64,000 nt of DNA from contig DKYL01000004.1 of the NCBI GenBank assembly GCA_002493325.1, forward strand, positions 4,940 through 68,939, read 5' to 3'. The translations under genes were made by a program, and so were the position numbers. The notes below the pieces were generated by a model. It did not search any database and was not told the DNA's origin. It saw nothing but the letters and a program-made list of their open reading frames with translations. This document shows positions 34,943 through 44,449 of this stretch, piece by piece; the first letter of the stretch is position 1; each line of letters begins with the position of its first letter. Origin of the DNA: Ruminococcaceae bacterium UBA7101. Lineage in GTDB: Bacteria; Bacillota; Clostridia; Oscillospirales; Acutalibacteraceae.

Positions 34943-35796
34943 ATAGGAACACCTCCGTATATCCTGCTGATTTCATTTAAAAGCTGACTGTATTTCACGG
35001 TATCGGAATGTATTTCAAATCCCCTCTGTCTGAGCATATTGCTGACAGAAACCACCTTGCCCGTTCCCAAGCCGATTTTATTCAGCGTTTCGCAGTCGGA
35101 AAGCACATTCTCTGCCGTATCATCACATATTATATGACCGTTATCCATAACAATAATCCGTGATGCGTATTCAGCCAAAACATCGCTGTCGTGTGAAATC
35201 ATCAGTATTGCCGTGCCGTTTTCATTAAGCTTTTTCATAAGCTTAAGAAATGACATTCTTCCCCGATAGTCAAGCCCTGCAATAGGCTCATCGAGTATAA
35301 GCATATCAGGCTTTGCTGCAAGAACGCCTGCAATGGCAAGGCGCTTTTTCTCACCGCCTGAAAAGCTGAGGGGTGACTTGTCCTTAACCTTTTCATAATC
35401 AAATCCCACAGCATGCAGTGCTTCAATAACGCTTTTCTTTATCTCCTGTCTGCTCAGACCCGAATGCTTTAATGCAAAAGCCACATCACGCTCAACTGTA
35501 GACTCAAAAAGCTGATATTCAGGATACTGGAACACTAAGCCTATGCTTTTGTGAAGAATACTTCGGTCATATTTTTTATTGTTGATATCCTGCCCGTCAA
35601 GCAGAACACGGCCCCTGTCAGGCACAAGCAAGCCGTCAATAAGCTGAATCAGGGTTGACTTGCCGCAACCTGTTTTGCCCATAATTCCTACAAATTCACC
35701 ATCGCTGATTGTAAGATTTATTTCATCAATTGCCTGTGTCTGATAATTTGTATTCGGGGCATAGGTATACGAAACGGATTTTAATTCAAGCTGCAT
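34939..35796 (-). CDS. ecfA2: ECF transporter ATPase (A2-type)
   Basis: GKTGCGKST, VFQYPEYQLF, FSGGEKKR, LILDEP. Confidence 0.92.
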   Translation of the reverse strand: MQLELKSVSYTYAPNTNYQTQAIDEINLTISDGEFVGIMGKTGCGKSTLIQLIDGLLVPDRGRVLLDGQDINNKKYDRSILHKSIGLVFQYPEYQLFESTVERDVAFALKHSGLSRQEIKKSVIEALHAVGFDYEKVKDKSPLSFSGGEKKRLAIAGVLAAKPDMLILDEPIAGLDYRGRMSFLKLMKKLNENGTAILMISHDSDVLAEYASRIIVMDNGHIICDDTAENVLSDCETLNKIGLGTGKVVSVSNMLRQRGFEIHSDTVKYSQLLNEISRIYGGVPI

Positions 35797-36611
35797 AGCT
35801 CACCCACCAATTCCTCATTCGTCAAAGGGCATTTTTTCAGCTTTATGCCCCTTTCTGCAAGATCATAATACATTTTCACGGGCATAGGCACATCAAGCCC
35901 TGCCCTGCTCATAAGTTCAATATCAGTCAATATATCACAGGGGAGTCCGTCTGCTGTTATTCTGCCGTTCTCCATCAAAACCACCCTGTCAGCCAATGCA
36001 GCCTCATCAATATAATGGGTTATCATAATCACCGTCTGACCGCTTTTATGCAGGCTTTTAATCGCTGACAGCACCTCTTCCCTGCCCTGTGAATCCAGCA
36101 TAGAAGTTACTTCATCAAAAATCATAATATCAGGCTTAGCCGCAAGAACGCCAGCAATGGCAATCCTCTGCTTCTGACCGCCTGAAAGCATATGGGTTGA
36201 ATGCTTTTCAAAACCGTTCATACCAACAGAAGAAAGTGCGTTCTTAACTCTTTCAGGTATTTCCTCTTCAGGGACACCGAAGTTTCTCGGTGCAAAAGCC
36301 AAATCCTCCTCAATCAGTGTTGAAACAAATTGATTGTCCGGATTCTGAAAAACCATTCCGCATTTGCTGCGCACTGCCCATATGTTCTTATCATCACAGG
36401 CATTAATCCCGGCAACAGTCAACGCACCGCTCTGAACAGGCAAAAGCACATTAAGATGCCTTGCAAGGGTTGTTTTACCGCAGCCGTTACTGCCCAGCAC
36501 TGCAACAAACTCACCCTTGTTAACAGTTAAATTAACATCATCAAGCGAACGGTGCTTACTGCCCGCAAAGGAATAGGAATGTATTAAATTTTCAGTCTTT
36601 ATGAAAGACAC
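35781..36611 (-). CDS. ecfA1: ECF transporter ATPase (A1-type)
   Basis: GSNGCGKTT, VFQNPDNQF, LSGGQKQR, IFDE. GTG start with RBS GGAGGG. Confidence 0.92.
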   Translation of the reverse strand: MSFIKTENLIHSYSFAGSKHRSLDDVNLTVNKGEFVAVLGSNGCGKTTLARHLNVLLPVQSGALTVAGINACDDKNIWAVRSKCGMVFQNPDNQFVSTLIEEDLAFAPRNFGVPEEEIPERVKNALSSVGMNGFEKHSTHMLSGGQKQRIAIAGVLAAKPDIMIFDEVTSMLDSQGREEVLSAIKSLHKSGQTVIMITHYIDEAALADRVVLMENGRITADGLPCDILTDIELMSRAGLDVPMPVKMYYDLAERGIKLKKCPLTNEELVGELCSLN

Positions 36612-36646
36612 AGACCATCCCTCCGCACATACAAATTACGCCATTT

Positions 36647-36749
36647 ATATTACCTTAATATATAGCTTAAAACAACCCCCCCTGGGGGATATTGAGCAAA
36701 AAAATGACCCCCCTGGGGGCTTGTACGGCTTTTTTTATTGTGATATATT
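36647..36749. promoter_or_regulatory. Divergent promoters with two C-tract-T-G-tract operators (CsoR/RcnR/NcrB-like)
   Basis: CCCCCCCTGGGGG (36676-36688) and CCCCCCTGGGGG (36708-36719). Plus strand TTGTAC-17-TATATT (36721-36749, TGn). Minus strand TTGTTT-17-TAATAT (36675-36647). Confidence 0.7.
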
Positions 36750-36782
36750 CTTGTCAGCAAAACCTGATAGAGGAGAGATTTT

Positions 36783-37334
36783 ATGAATAAAATGTCTGTT
36801 GTAAAAAAATCAATCATTACCGCTGTATGTATTGCACTCTGTGTTGTACTGCCTCAGGCTTTTCATGCAATACCAAACGCAGGCTCTATATACTGCCCGA
36901 TGCATATTCCTGTTCTGCTCTGCGGCATTGCCTGTGGCTGGCAATACGGACTCATCTGCGGAATTGCAGGACCGCTGCTTTCAAGCCTGTTCACAGGAAT
37001 GCCGCCTGCTGCTGTTCTTCCGCCTATGATGATAGAATGTGCCGTTTACGGCATTGTAACAGGACTTATGCTGAAGCTTGTTCATACAAAAAAGACCTAT
37101 GCTGATTTATATATCAGCCTTATAACTGCAATGCTTGCAGGCAGAGTTGCCGCAGGAATTGCAAAGGCACTGATTTTTGCAAGAGGTGAAATCACAATCG
37201 CAGCCTGGGCAACCACACATTTTGTAACCGCACTGCCCGGTATTGCAATCCACCTTGTCTTAATCCCTGCAATTGCCTTTGCGCTTATAAAGGCACGTCT
37301 TCTCCCCGAGCGCTATCCTAAAGATGAGGATTAA
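36783..37334 (+). CDS. ECF transporter S (substrate-specific) component
   Basis: 183-aa hydrophobic protein with AxxxA, PMHIPVLLCG, PLLSSLFTGMPP. Divergent from ecfAAT. Confidence 0.9.
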   Translation: MNKMSVVKKSIITAVCIALCVVLPQAFHAIPNAGSIYCPMHIPVLLCGIACGWQYGLICGIAGPLLSSLFTGMPPAAVLPPMMIECAVYGIVTGLMLKLVHTKKTYADLYISLITAMLAGRVAAGIAKALIFARGEITIAAWATTHFVTALPGIAIHLVLIPAIAFALIKARLLPERYPKDED

Positions 37335-37357
37335 TGTATAATATGACATAAAAGTCC

Positions 37358-37381
37358 CCCCCTTCCGATATCGGAAGGGGG
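37358..37381. terminator. Perfect 24-bp palindrome between convergent genes (probable terminator)
   Basis: CCCCCTTCCGAT|ATCGGAAGGGGG. Confidence 0.55.
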
Positions 37382-37494
37382 TTGCTGATTTTAGATGTTA
37401 TGGTTTTACTTTCACAGCAAACAACATTAGGGCATTTTTTATCATCAAACAGATTTGCATAAGAGCAGTTCATAGGTCATACTTTATTTTAATC

Positions 37495-37989
37495 TTAATA
37501 ACTATCCACCTCATAAAAAATCTGTTTTTTCCATTCCTCAGCCAGTCTGTCCTCACTCCACGATGCATTGGCAGGACTTGTAGAGGGCAGATATATCGCT
37601 TTGATACCGGCTTCTTTTTCAATATATTTTTTGTAAAGATTCTCAGCCTTTTTGCCGTTAACAAAAATTCTGTCAACCTGCGAATGGTTAAGAATAACAC
37701 TTATGTCATTGGGAACAACATTTTTTATGGAGCTGTCGGAGGAGCCCTCAATTTCACAGGAATGAATGACATCCCACAGTGCAAAATGATTAGACAATAT
37801 CAGCTGCGTTTTCTCCTCAATGGACACAGGGACATCACTGTCACAAATTCTTGCCATAACACGCCAAAAGCGGTTTTGCGGATGGCTGTAAAAGAAGCAC
37901 ATTTCCCTTGACTTTACTGACGGAAAAGTTCCTAAAATAAGTGTTTTTGAATTTTCATCATATATAGGTTTTACAGGATGTGTTAACAT
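37495..37989 (-). CDS. DNA-deoxyinosine (hypoxanthine) glycosylase, uracil-DNA glycosylase superfamily
   Basis: LILGTFPSVKSR..FFYSHPQNRFW, ALWDV, LPSTSPANA. Confidence 0.9.
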   Translation of the reverse strand: MLTHPVKPIYDENSKTLILGTFPSVKSREMCFFYSHPQNRFWRVMARICDSDVPVSIEEKTQLILSNHFALWDVIHSCEIEGSSDSSIKNVVPNDISVILNHSQVDRIFVNGKKAENLYKKYIEKEAGIKAIYLPSTSPANASWSEDRLAEEWKKQIFYEVDSY

Positions 37990-38190
37990 ATTTCACCTCG
38001 GAATTTTTCATTATACCAGCACGGAACCGTTAATTTGTAATAATCGTACCAAATCTATCATTTATAATATATCACACTGCAAAATCTTTGTAAACAACAC
38101 AAAATGCGATTATATACAGGTTATGCTTATTTTTGATTTCATTTCACATTATACGGTCGCCTTATGAATACAATAAAACGGAGGGATAAT

Positions 38191-38682
38191 ATGGATAACA
38201 AATTGTTTTTTGAAAATGTAAGCTCTGCTTTAGTATCGGTTTTGTGCAAAAAACCGCAGGCTTATGCTGAAATCAAAGGCAGCAAGGATTATAAAGATAT
38301 TTCAGGTATGGTTAAATTCTATCAGACTGCGAATGGTGCTTTGGTTTATACTGTTATTGCCGGATTACCCGAGGGCAACAGCTTTCACGGTTTTCATATT
38401 CACGAGGGTGAAAAATGCAGCGGTAACAGCGATGACCCCTTTGCAGATGTAAAATCACATTATAATCCGAATCATACGGAGCACCCCAATCACGCAGGTG
38501 ATTTGCCGCCGCTGATGAATAATAACGGTTTTGCTCTTTCCGTATTCATAACTGACAGATTTACTGTTAAGGATGTTATCGGAAAAACTATGATTATACA
38601 CGAAAAGGCGGATGATTTCACAACACAGCCGTCGGGAAATTCAGGTAAAAAGCTTGCCTGCGGTAAAATCATTGCAGAATAG
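38191..38682 (+). CDS. Cu/Zn superoxide dismutase family protein (no signal peptide)
   Basis: HGFHIHE, SHYNP, HPNHAGDLP, IIHEKADDF, GNSGKKLACG. RBS GGAGGG. Confidence 0.9.
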   Translation: MDNKLFFENVSSALVSVLCKKPQAYAEIKGSKDYKDISGMVKFYQTANGALVYTVIAGLPEGNSFHGFHIHEGEKCSGNSDDPFADVKSHYNPNHTEHPNHAGDLPPLMNNNGFALSVFITDRFTVKDVIGKTMIIHEKADDFTTQPSGNSGKKLACGKIIAE

Positions 38683-38728
38683 AAATACAGGAATACTGTG
38701 TATTTTACAGTATTCCTGTATTTCTATT
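38678..38728. terminator. Long bidirectional hairpin between convergent stop codons
   Basis: 22-bp perfect arms AATAGAAATACAGGAATACTGT / ACAGTATTCCTGTATTTCTATT that include both TAG stops. Confidence 0.85.
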
Positions 38729-39974
38729 TTATAAACCTATTCCATTTGAAATTTGATAAAAACGAGAACAACGCTGTCATAAATGCAGCCGCAATCCAGA
38801 TTATGATAACGGCATTCCAGCCTGCTTTTTCGGAAACTGCGCCGAATCCATAAGAGGATACCGCACATCCGATATGGGCTGCCGAATTCAATATTCCGCT
38901 GACGCTTGACGTACAGGAGAATTTTGAAAATCTGACAGGTACAAGGGAAATAATCAGATAATTGAGTGCATACATAACAGAGGTGGTCAGAGCAAGCAAT
39001 ACAATAATCACATAAACAGACATTCTGTTTTTCAGCAGAAGCAAAAGAAGCGGTACCAGTGCCAAGGCGCCGACAACACCTGCCGTCTTCATTTCGTTTT
39101 CACCAAGCTTCTTATAAAGCGGAACAACTGCATATGCACCGAAAGCATTGAACACCGGCAGAACTATGGTAAGGAAAATGGAAAAAGAAGGGGAAACGCC
39201 ATAAAGCTCCGTTATCATTGTGGGAACCCAGTTGGTTATTCCGTCACGAATCATTCCGTGAAGGAAGGAGGGCAGCATAATAATGAAAAGACCGCTGAGC
39301 AACGCCAGTGATACTATACCCTGCTTTCCTTTTGTTTCATTATTTTTTTGCTTTATATCAGGCATCTGTTCTTTGGTTTTAACCGTCAAATCTTTTTTTG
39401 AACAAAGCAGCACCAGAACAACAAGAACGGCTGAAAGAACAATAATTATTCCGCCACTGATAAACACAAGCTGCCAACCTGAATATTTAATAATAAAGGT
39501 TGATAAAAGATAAGCACATATTGTTCCGACAGGCAGTGACAGTGAAACATTTAAAATAGCTTTTTTGCTAAGGCTTTTGTCAATCGTTTCGGAAAACACT
39601 CTTAAAATCGGTGACCAGAGCATAGACTGAAACAAGCCGTTTGCTCCCCATATGACAAGCATTACAGGCATACTGCCTGCAAGGGGCATAAGAAAGCAGC
39701 AAAGTCCTCCTGCCGCAGCACCGAAAATAATCATAAGAAACGGATTGACCTTATCACCGATTAAACCGCTGATTAGCTGACCTACACCATAGCAAATAAA
39801 AAATGCTGTGCCCACCAAGCCGATTTCACCCTTACTGAAATGACCTTCAGCCACAATAGGAGCAATTGCCGCCGCATAGCAGGTTCTGATAAAATAAGAC
39901 GCTGCATAAACAATCCACAAAACAGCAACGATTAACTTGCTTTTTTTATAGTCCCTGATAATATACTGTGTCAT
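38724..39974 (-). CDS. MFS transporter, GlpT/UhpC-like (organophosphate) type
   Basis: YAASYFIR, YGVGQLISGLIGD, NGLFQSMLW, IRDGITNWVP, SGILN. About 12 TM segments. Confidence 0.82.
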   Translation of the reverse strand: MTQYIIRDYKKSKLIVAVLWIVYAASYFIRTCYAAAIAPIVAEGHFSKGEIGLVGTAFFICYGVGQLISGLIGDKVNPFLMIIFGAAAGGLCCFLMPLAGSMPVMLVIWGANGLFQSMLWSPILRVFSETIDKSLSKKAILNVSLSLPVGTICAYLLSTFIIKYSGWQLVFISGGIIIVLSAVLVVLVLLCSKKDLTVKTKEQMPDIKQKNNETKGKQGIVSLALLSGLFIIMLPSFLHGMIRDGITNWVPTMITELYGVSPSFSIFLTIVLPVFNAFGAYAVVPLYKKLGENEMKTAGVVGALALVPLLLLLLKNRMSVYVIIVLLALTTSVMYALNYLIISLVPVRFSKFSCTSSVSGILNSAAHIGCAVSSYGFGAVSEKAGWNAVIIIWIAAAFMTALFSFLSNFKWNRFIK

Positions 39975-40861
39975 TTGATAAGTGCCTCAATTGGTTTTGA
40001 TAATGCCAGAAAAGTTGTTCTGTCCTCAATTCTCTGTGTGCCGTGGCGTATGGAATGACCACCGTGATCCGAAGCAATTAAAACAAGCCAGTCTTCATCA
40101 TCAAATGACTTTCTTTTCTTAATGGTTTCAAGAAGATTATAGGATATTCTGTCAAGGTTGCAAATGCCGCTGACATAACGGTAATTACGGTCATCAAAGC
40201 CTGTGTCGTGACCGTTATAATCAGGATTTTCATATATCCCGAATATGAAGTCATCGTCACTTTCAATTCGCTGAATCAAATGATTATGCAGTTCTTCATC
40301 TGTTTCAAGCTTATAGAAATAATACGGAAGATTCTTTTTTTCTGTAAGCTGAATTTCTTTAACATATGTATTATCAAAGTGAATATTCCAAATGGCACTG
40401 AAGGAACACTTATAGCCCTGCTGCGATAAGGTCATAAGTGCTGTGGGATAATCCTCACCCAGACTCCACTCAATACCATATCTGCCTTTCCCCTTCATCC
40501 ATTTTCCGCACAGAGCCGATGCCCAGCCCTGAGAGGTACTGGTTTCCTGCGGTGATGACTTTTCACCGCCGACATAGGTAATGTAAAGTCCACCATTACG
40601 CTTCAATGCATTGACTGCACTGTAAATTGCAGACTCATTGCAGCCGCTTACCTTGCTGTCATTGCTTTTAACCAAGTATTTCATAGCATCACCGCGGCAG
40701 CCGTCCCATCCGATAAAAATACACTTTGGTTTTTTATCCGACTTTTTAAAATGGTTAACAATCGCATCCTTGATTACGGTCTGGGGCATGCGCTCCTCGT
40801 AGCTGTTGCTGAAAAGTCCTTCGGCACTGATTGCTTTTATATACTTTTTATCACTGAACAT
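39971..40861 (-). CDS. Alkaline phosphatase superfamily (NPP-like) protein, cytoplasmic paralogue of 29414..30421
   Basis: MPQTVI, IFIGWDGCR, ETSTSQGW, DYNGHDTGF, WLVLIASDHGG..HG. 4-bp overlap with the MFS gene. Confidence 0.82.
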   Translation of the reverse strand: MFSDKKYIKAISAEGLFSNSYEERMPQTVIKDAIVNHFKKSDKKPKCIFIGWDGCRGDAMKYLVKSNDSKVSGCNESAIYSAVNALKRNGGLYITYVGGEKSSPQETSTSQGWASALCGKWMKGKGRYGIEWSLGEDYPTALMTLSQQGYKCSFSAIWNIHFDNTYVKEIQLTEKKNLPYYFYKLETDEELHNHLIQRIESDDDFIFGIYENPDYNGHDTGFDDRNYRYVSGICNLDRISYNLLETIKKRKSFDDEDWLVLIASDHGGHSIRHGTQRIEDRTTFLALSKPIEALIK

Positions 40862-40878
40862 AACTGCTCCCCTTTATT

Positions 40879-41721
40879 TTAAATCTGTGCATTCCTGAAA
40901 GCTGTCGGGCATACACCCTTATATTTAGCAAAGGTCTTTGAAAAATAGCTCATATCATTAAAACCGCAGCTAAGTGCAATTTCGGTAACAGAATCCTCCG
41001 TCAGCAGCAACCGCTCCCCTGCCTGTTCTATGCGGTAATAATTAAGATACTCAATCGGTGTCTTGCCTGTCATGGATGAAAAAGCACGGCAGAAATACCT
41101 TGGTGCCATATCCGCAACCTCGGCAAGCTCCTGAAGCGTTACAGTATTTTCATAATTGTCACGTATATAAGCGAGTACATTTTTCAGGCGTATAATCTGT
41201 CGGCGTTTTTTAGGGACAGAATCCGATGTTGTCTTCAAGCCAATCAGACTGCCCATAAGCTGCCACATTAAGCCGACAGTGGTCCATTCATACCCCTTCT
41301 GCTCACGCTCCATAGAATCAAAAAGCATATCCGCAAGCTCTGCCTGCCTGCTGCCCTTTCTGAACACCCCTGTGCACCCCCGCTCATCAGCCATAAATTC
41401 TGCTGCACTGCGTGCACACACAGGTGTATCGTGAAGAAGTGTTCCCAAATCAAAAACAACACACTCATAAATACAGTCATTCGGTATGCCGCCGTGAACA
41501 ACACCGTCACCTATCCAGGCACAGTCACCTGCCGACATCTGATAATCCTTGCCGTCAACCGAAAGATAAAAATGACCCTGCATAATCAGAATCAATTCAT
41601 ATTCCAAATGCCAGTGAAGGGGCATCTGATACCTTGGTGATGAGGCATCAACATAATATAGCTCAATAGGGAAATCAAAGGTTCCTCTTTTTTTATTTTC
41701 ATAAAGCTCGCTGTAATTCAT
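40879..41721 (-). CDS. AraC-family transcriptional regulator
   Basis: Cupin-type HWHLEYE domain and C-terminal double HTH (EIALSCGFNDMSYFSKTF). Confidence 0.93.
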   Translation of the reverse strand: MNYSELYENKKRGTFDFPIELYYVDASSPRYQMPLHWHLEYELILIMQGHFYLSVDGKDYQMSAGDCAWIGDGVVHGGIPNDCIYECVVFDLGTLLHDTPVCARSAAEFMADERGCTGVFRKGSRQAELADMLFDSMEREQKGYEWTTVGLMWQLMGSLIGLKTTSDSVPKKRRQIIRLKNVLAYIRDNYENTVTLQELAEVADMAPRYFCRAFSSMTGKTPIEYLNYYRIEQAGERLLLTEDSVTEIALSCGFNDMSYFSKTFAKYKGVCPTAFRNAQI

Positions 41722-41855
41722 AATCGACCGCCAAAAAGTGAATATTGTCATATTATAACGCTATTATTGCACAAGCACGGAGTAAAAAAATACAATATAA
41801 TATAAGTAGCATAGCATATGCTTATTAAATTGTCAATTATGGAAAGGAAAAATCA

Positions 41856-42569
41856 ATGCAAAATCCGGATGAAATAAAAACACAGATATGTGATGTGTGT
41901 CATAAAATGTGGCAGCTTGGATGGGTTGCCGCCAATGACGGAAACGTGAGTGTAAGGCTTGAAAACGGAAATATTTTGGCAACACCCACAGGAATCAGCA
42001 AATCCTTTATCACGCCCGAAAAGCTTGTACTGCTTGACAGTGAAGGAAATATTCTTGAGGCAAAGGAGGGCTACCGCCCGTCAAGCGAAATCAAAATGCA
42101 CCTTCGCTGCTATGACAAGCGTGACGATGTAATGAGTGTTATTCACGCGCACCCACCGGGTGCAACAGGCTTTGCCGTTGCACACAAAGCAATGGATATG
42201 TACAATATGATTGAGGATGTAGCTGTTATAGGCTCTGTACCTCTCACCCCTTATGGTACTCCCTCAACCGTTGAAGTGCCGAATGCCATTGAGCCATATC
42301 TTGAGGAGCACGATGTGATGCTGCTTGAAAACCACGGTGCACTTGCAGTAGGCAGTGATGTTATCACCGCCTTTTACAGAATGGAAAGTCTTGAGCTTTG
42401 GGCAAAAATCACAATCAACGCTGTTATCTTGGGCGGAAGTCACGACATCAGCAAGGAAAATGTGCAGAAGCTGATTGACCTGAGAGGCTACTATAAGGTA
42501 ACAGGAAGACATCCCGGTCACAAGGTATTCAACCCCGATGATCAGATGCTTCACAAAACTGAGAACTAA
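41856..42569 (+). CDS. fucA: Class II aldolase (L-fuculose-1-phosphate aldolase)
   Basis: DGNVS, TPTG, PSSEIKMH, IHAHPP, LLENHG. First gene of the fucose operon. Confidence 0.85.
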   Translation: MQNPDEIKTQICDVCHKMWQLGWVAANDGNVSVRLENGNILATPTGISKSFITPEKLVLLDSEGNILEAKEGYRPSSEIKMHLRCYDKRDDVMSVIHAHPPGATGFAVAHKAMDMYNMIEDVAVIGSVPLTPYGTPSTVEVPNAIEPYLEEHDVMLLENHGALAVGSDVITAFYRMESLELWAKITINAVILGGSHDISKENVQKLIDLRGYYKVTGRHPGHKVFNPDDQMLHKTEN

Positions 42570-42583
42570 TCAAGGAGGTTACT

Positions 42584-43021
42584 ATGCTTAAAGGTATTCC
42601 AAACATAATTTCACCTGACCTTTTAAAAGCACTGAGCCAGATGGGTCACGGTGACGAGCTTGTTATTGCAGACGGCAATTTCCCCAGCCACAGCGTTGGT
42701 AAAAATGCAATCGTTATCCGTGCAGACGGTCACGGCGTGCCTGAAATACTTGATGCAATACTTCAGCTTATTCCGCTGGATACATACACAGAAAAGCCTG
42801 TGGCACTTATGGAGGTTGTACCCGGTGACACCTGCGGTACACCGACAATCTGGAAAGAATATGAAGAGATACTTGACAGGCACGAGCCTGCGCACCACGA
42901 TATTGAATATACCGAACGCTTTGCATTTTATGAGCGTGCCAAGGATGCATATTTAATTATCGCCACAGGTGAAAAAGCAATTTATGCAAATATTCTTTTA
43001 AAAAAGGGTGTAGTAAAATGA
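42584..43021 (+). CDS. fucU: L-fucose mutarotase (RbsD/FucU family)
   Basis: MLKGI...MGHGDELVIADGNFP, ERFAFYE, TGE..YANILLKKGV. Confidence 0.93.
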   Translation: MLKGIPNIISPDLLKALSQMGHGDELVIADGNFPSHSVGKNAIVIRADGHGVPEILDAILQLIPLDTYTEKPVALMEVVPGDTCGTPTIWKEYEEILDRHEPAHHDIEYTERFAFYERAKDAYLIIATGEKAIYANILLKKGVVK

Positions 43022-44436
43022 AGACTGTTTTAGCCTTTGATTTCGGTGCATCAAGCGGACGTGCCATAAAAGCTGTCTATGACGGAAATCAAATCAGTTA
43101 TAAAGAAATCCACCGATTTGAGAATATCCCTTTGACAACAGACGGTCATATCTGCCACAATACAGATATGATACTTGAAGAGGTGAAAAAAGCAATTGAC
43201 AAAGCGGAGCGCATTGACGCTCTCGCTTTTGATACCTGGGGCGTTGACTATGGTCTGCTTGATTCTGACGGAAAGCTGATTCACACCCCCTTTCACTATC
43301 GTGACACACGCACAAGCGGCATACCGGAAAAGGCTTATGACAAAATGCCTGCAAGCACACTTTACAGTGAAACAGGCAATCAGATTATGAACATCAACAC
43401 GCTGTTTCAGCTTCTGATCGATGAAAACACAAAAAAAGCCGACAAGCTTTTATTTATGCCTGATTTATTCTGCTATATGCTCACAGGCAATATGGCGTGT
43501 GAAAAGAGTATTGCGTCAACCTCGCAAATGCTGAGTCCGAAAACACAAAGTTGGAGCAACGCTGTGCTTGAAGCCTTCGGCATTGACAGGAATATTTTCC
43601 CTCCCTTGTGTGAAAGCGGTTCGGTTAACGGTACATACAAGGATATAAAGGTCATTACGGTTGCAGGTCACGATACACAGTGTGCTGTTGCCGCAATGCC
43701 CTGCACAAAGGACAATACTGCATTTTTATCCTGCGGTACCTGGTCTTTGATTGGCTGTGAGCTTGATGCGCCTGTTGTCACTGATGAAAGCAATACGCTT
43801 GCACTTTCAAACGAGCTTGGTGCAAACGGTAAAATAAATTATTTGAAAAACATCAGCGGTTTATGGCTCATTCAGGAAACCAAAAGAGATTTTGCCAAAA
43901 GCGGAAAAAGCTACAGCTACAACGAGCTTGAACAGCTTGCCAAAGCCAGTGAGCCATTCAAATGCTTTATTGACCCTGATGATTCGTTGCTTTCGGCTCA
44001 CGGCAATCTGCCTGATAAGATAAAAGAATACTGCAAGGTGACAAATCAGCAGATACCGGAAACAGTCGGTGAAATTGTGCGCTGTATTTATGAAAGCCTT
44101 GCGTTAAAATACAGATACGCATTAAAACAGATTTCAAAATGCACAGGCAGGAAATTTGAGGTGCTTCATCTGCTTGGCGGTGGCACAAAGGACGGATTTT
44201 TGTGTCAACTGACTGCAGACAGCATTGATATGCCTGTTGTTGCAGGACCTGTTGAGGCAACAGCGCTCGGCAACATAATTCTGCAGTTGATTGCTTTGGG
44301 CGAAATAGAGAATATTGACGAGGGCAGACAGCTGATTTCCAAAACACATAAGCTTAATCACTTCAATCCGTCGCATACCGATGAATGGGATTCGGCGTAT
44401 GACAGATTTGTAAGTATTATAGAAAATAAAAATTAA
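43018..44436 (+). CDS. fucK: Rhamnulokinase/L-fuculokinase family sugar kinase
   Basis: [42 protein letters not shown]. Lies between fucU and fucI. Confidence 0.85.
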   Translation: MKTVLAFDFGASSGRAIKAVYDGNQISYKEIHRFENIPLTTDGHICHNTDMILEEVKKAIDKAERIDALAFDTWGVDYGLLDSDGKLIHTPFHYRDTRTSGIPEKAYDKMPASTLYSETGNQIMNINTLFQLLIDENTKKADKLLFMPDLFCYMLTGNMACEKSIASTSQMLSPKTQSWSNAVLEAFGIDRNIFPPLCESGSVNGTYKDIKVITVAGHDTQCAVAAMPCTKDNTAFLSCGTWSLIGCELDAPVVTDESNTLALSNELGANGKINYLKNISGLWLIQETKRDFAKSGKSYSYNELEQLAKASEPFKCFIDPDDSLLSAHGNLPDKIKEYCKVTNQQIPETVGEIVRCIYESLALKYRYALKQISKCTGRKFEVLHLLGGGTKDGFLCQLTADSIDMPVVAGPVEATALGNIILQLIALGEIENIDEGRQLISKTHKLNHFNPSHTDEWDSAYDRFVSIIENKN

Positions 44437-44449
44437 CGGAGGTAAAACA

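Noticed and set aside
36601-36786. 61-aa ORF spanning the ECF intergenic region
   Set aside because: It runs through both promoters and operator boxes, overlaps the ecfA1 start and has no RBS.
37358-37381. Perfect palindrome as a REP/MITE or third operator
   Set aside because: Single copy between convergent genes, so a terminator hairpin is the simpler explanation.
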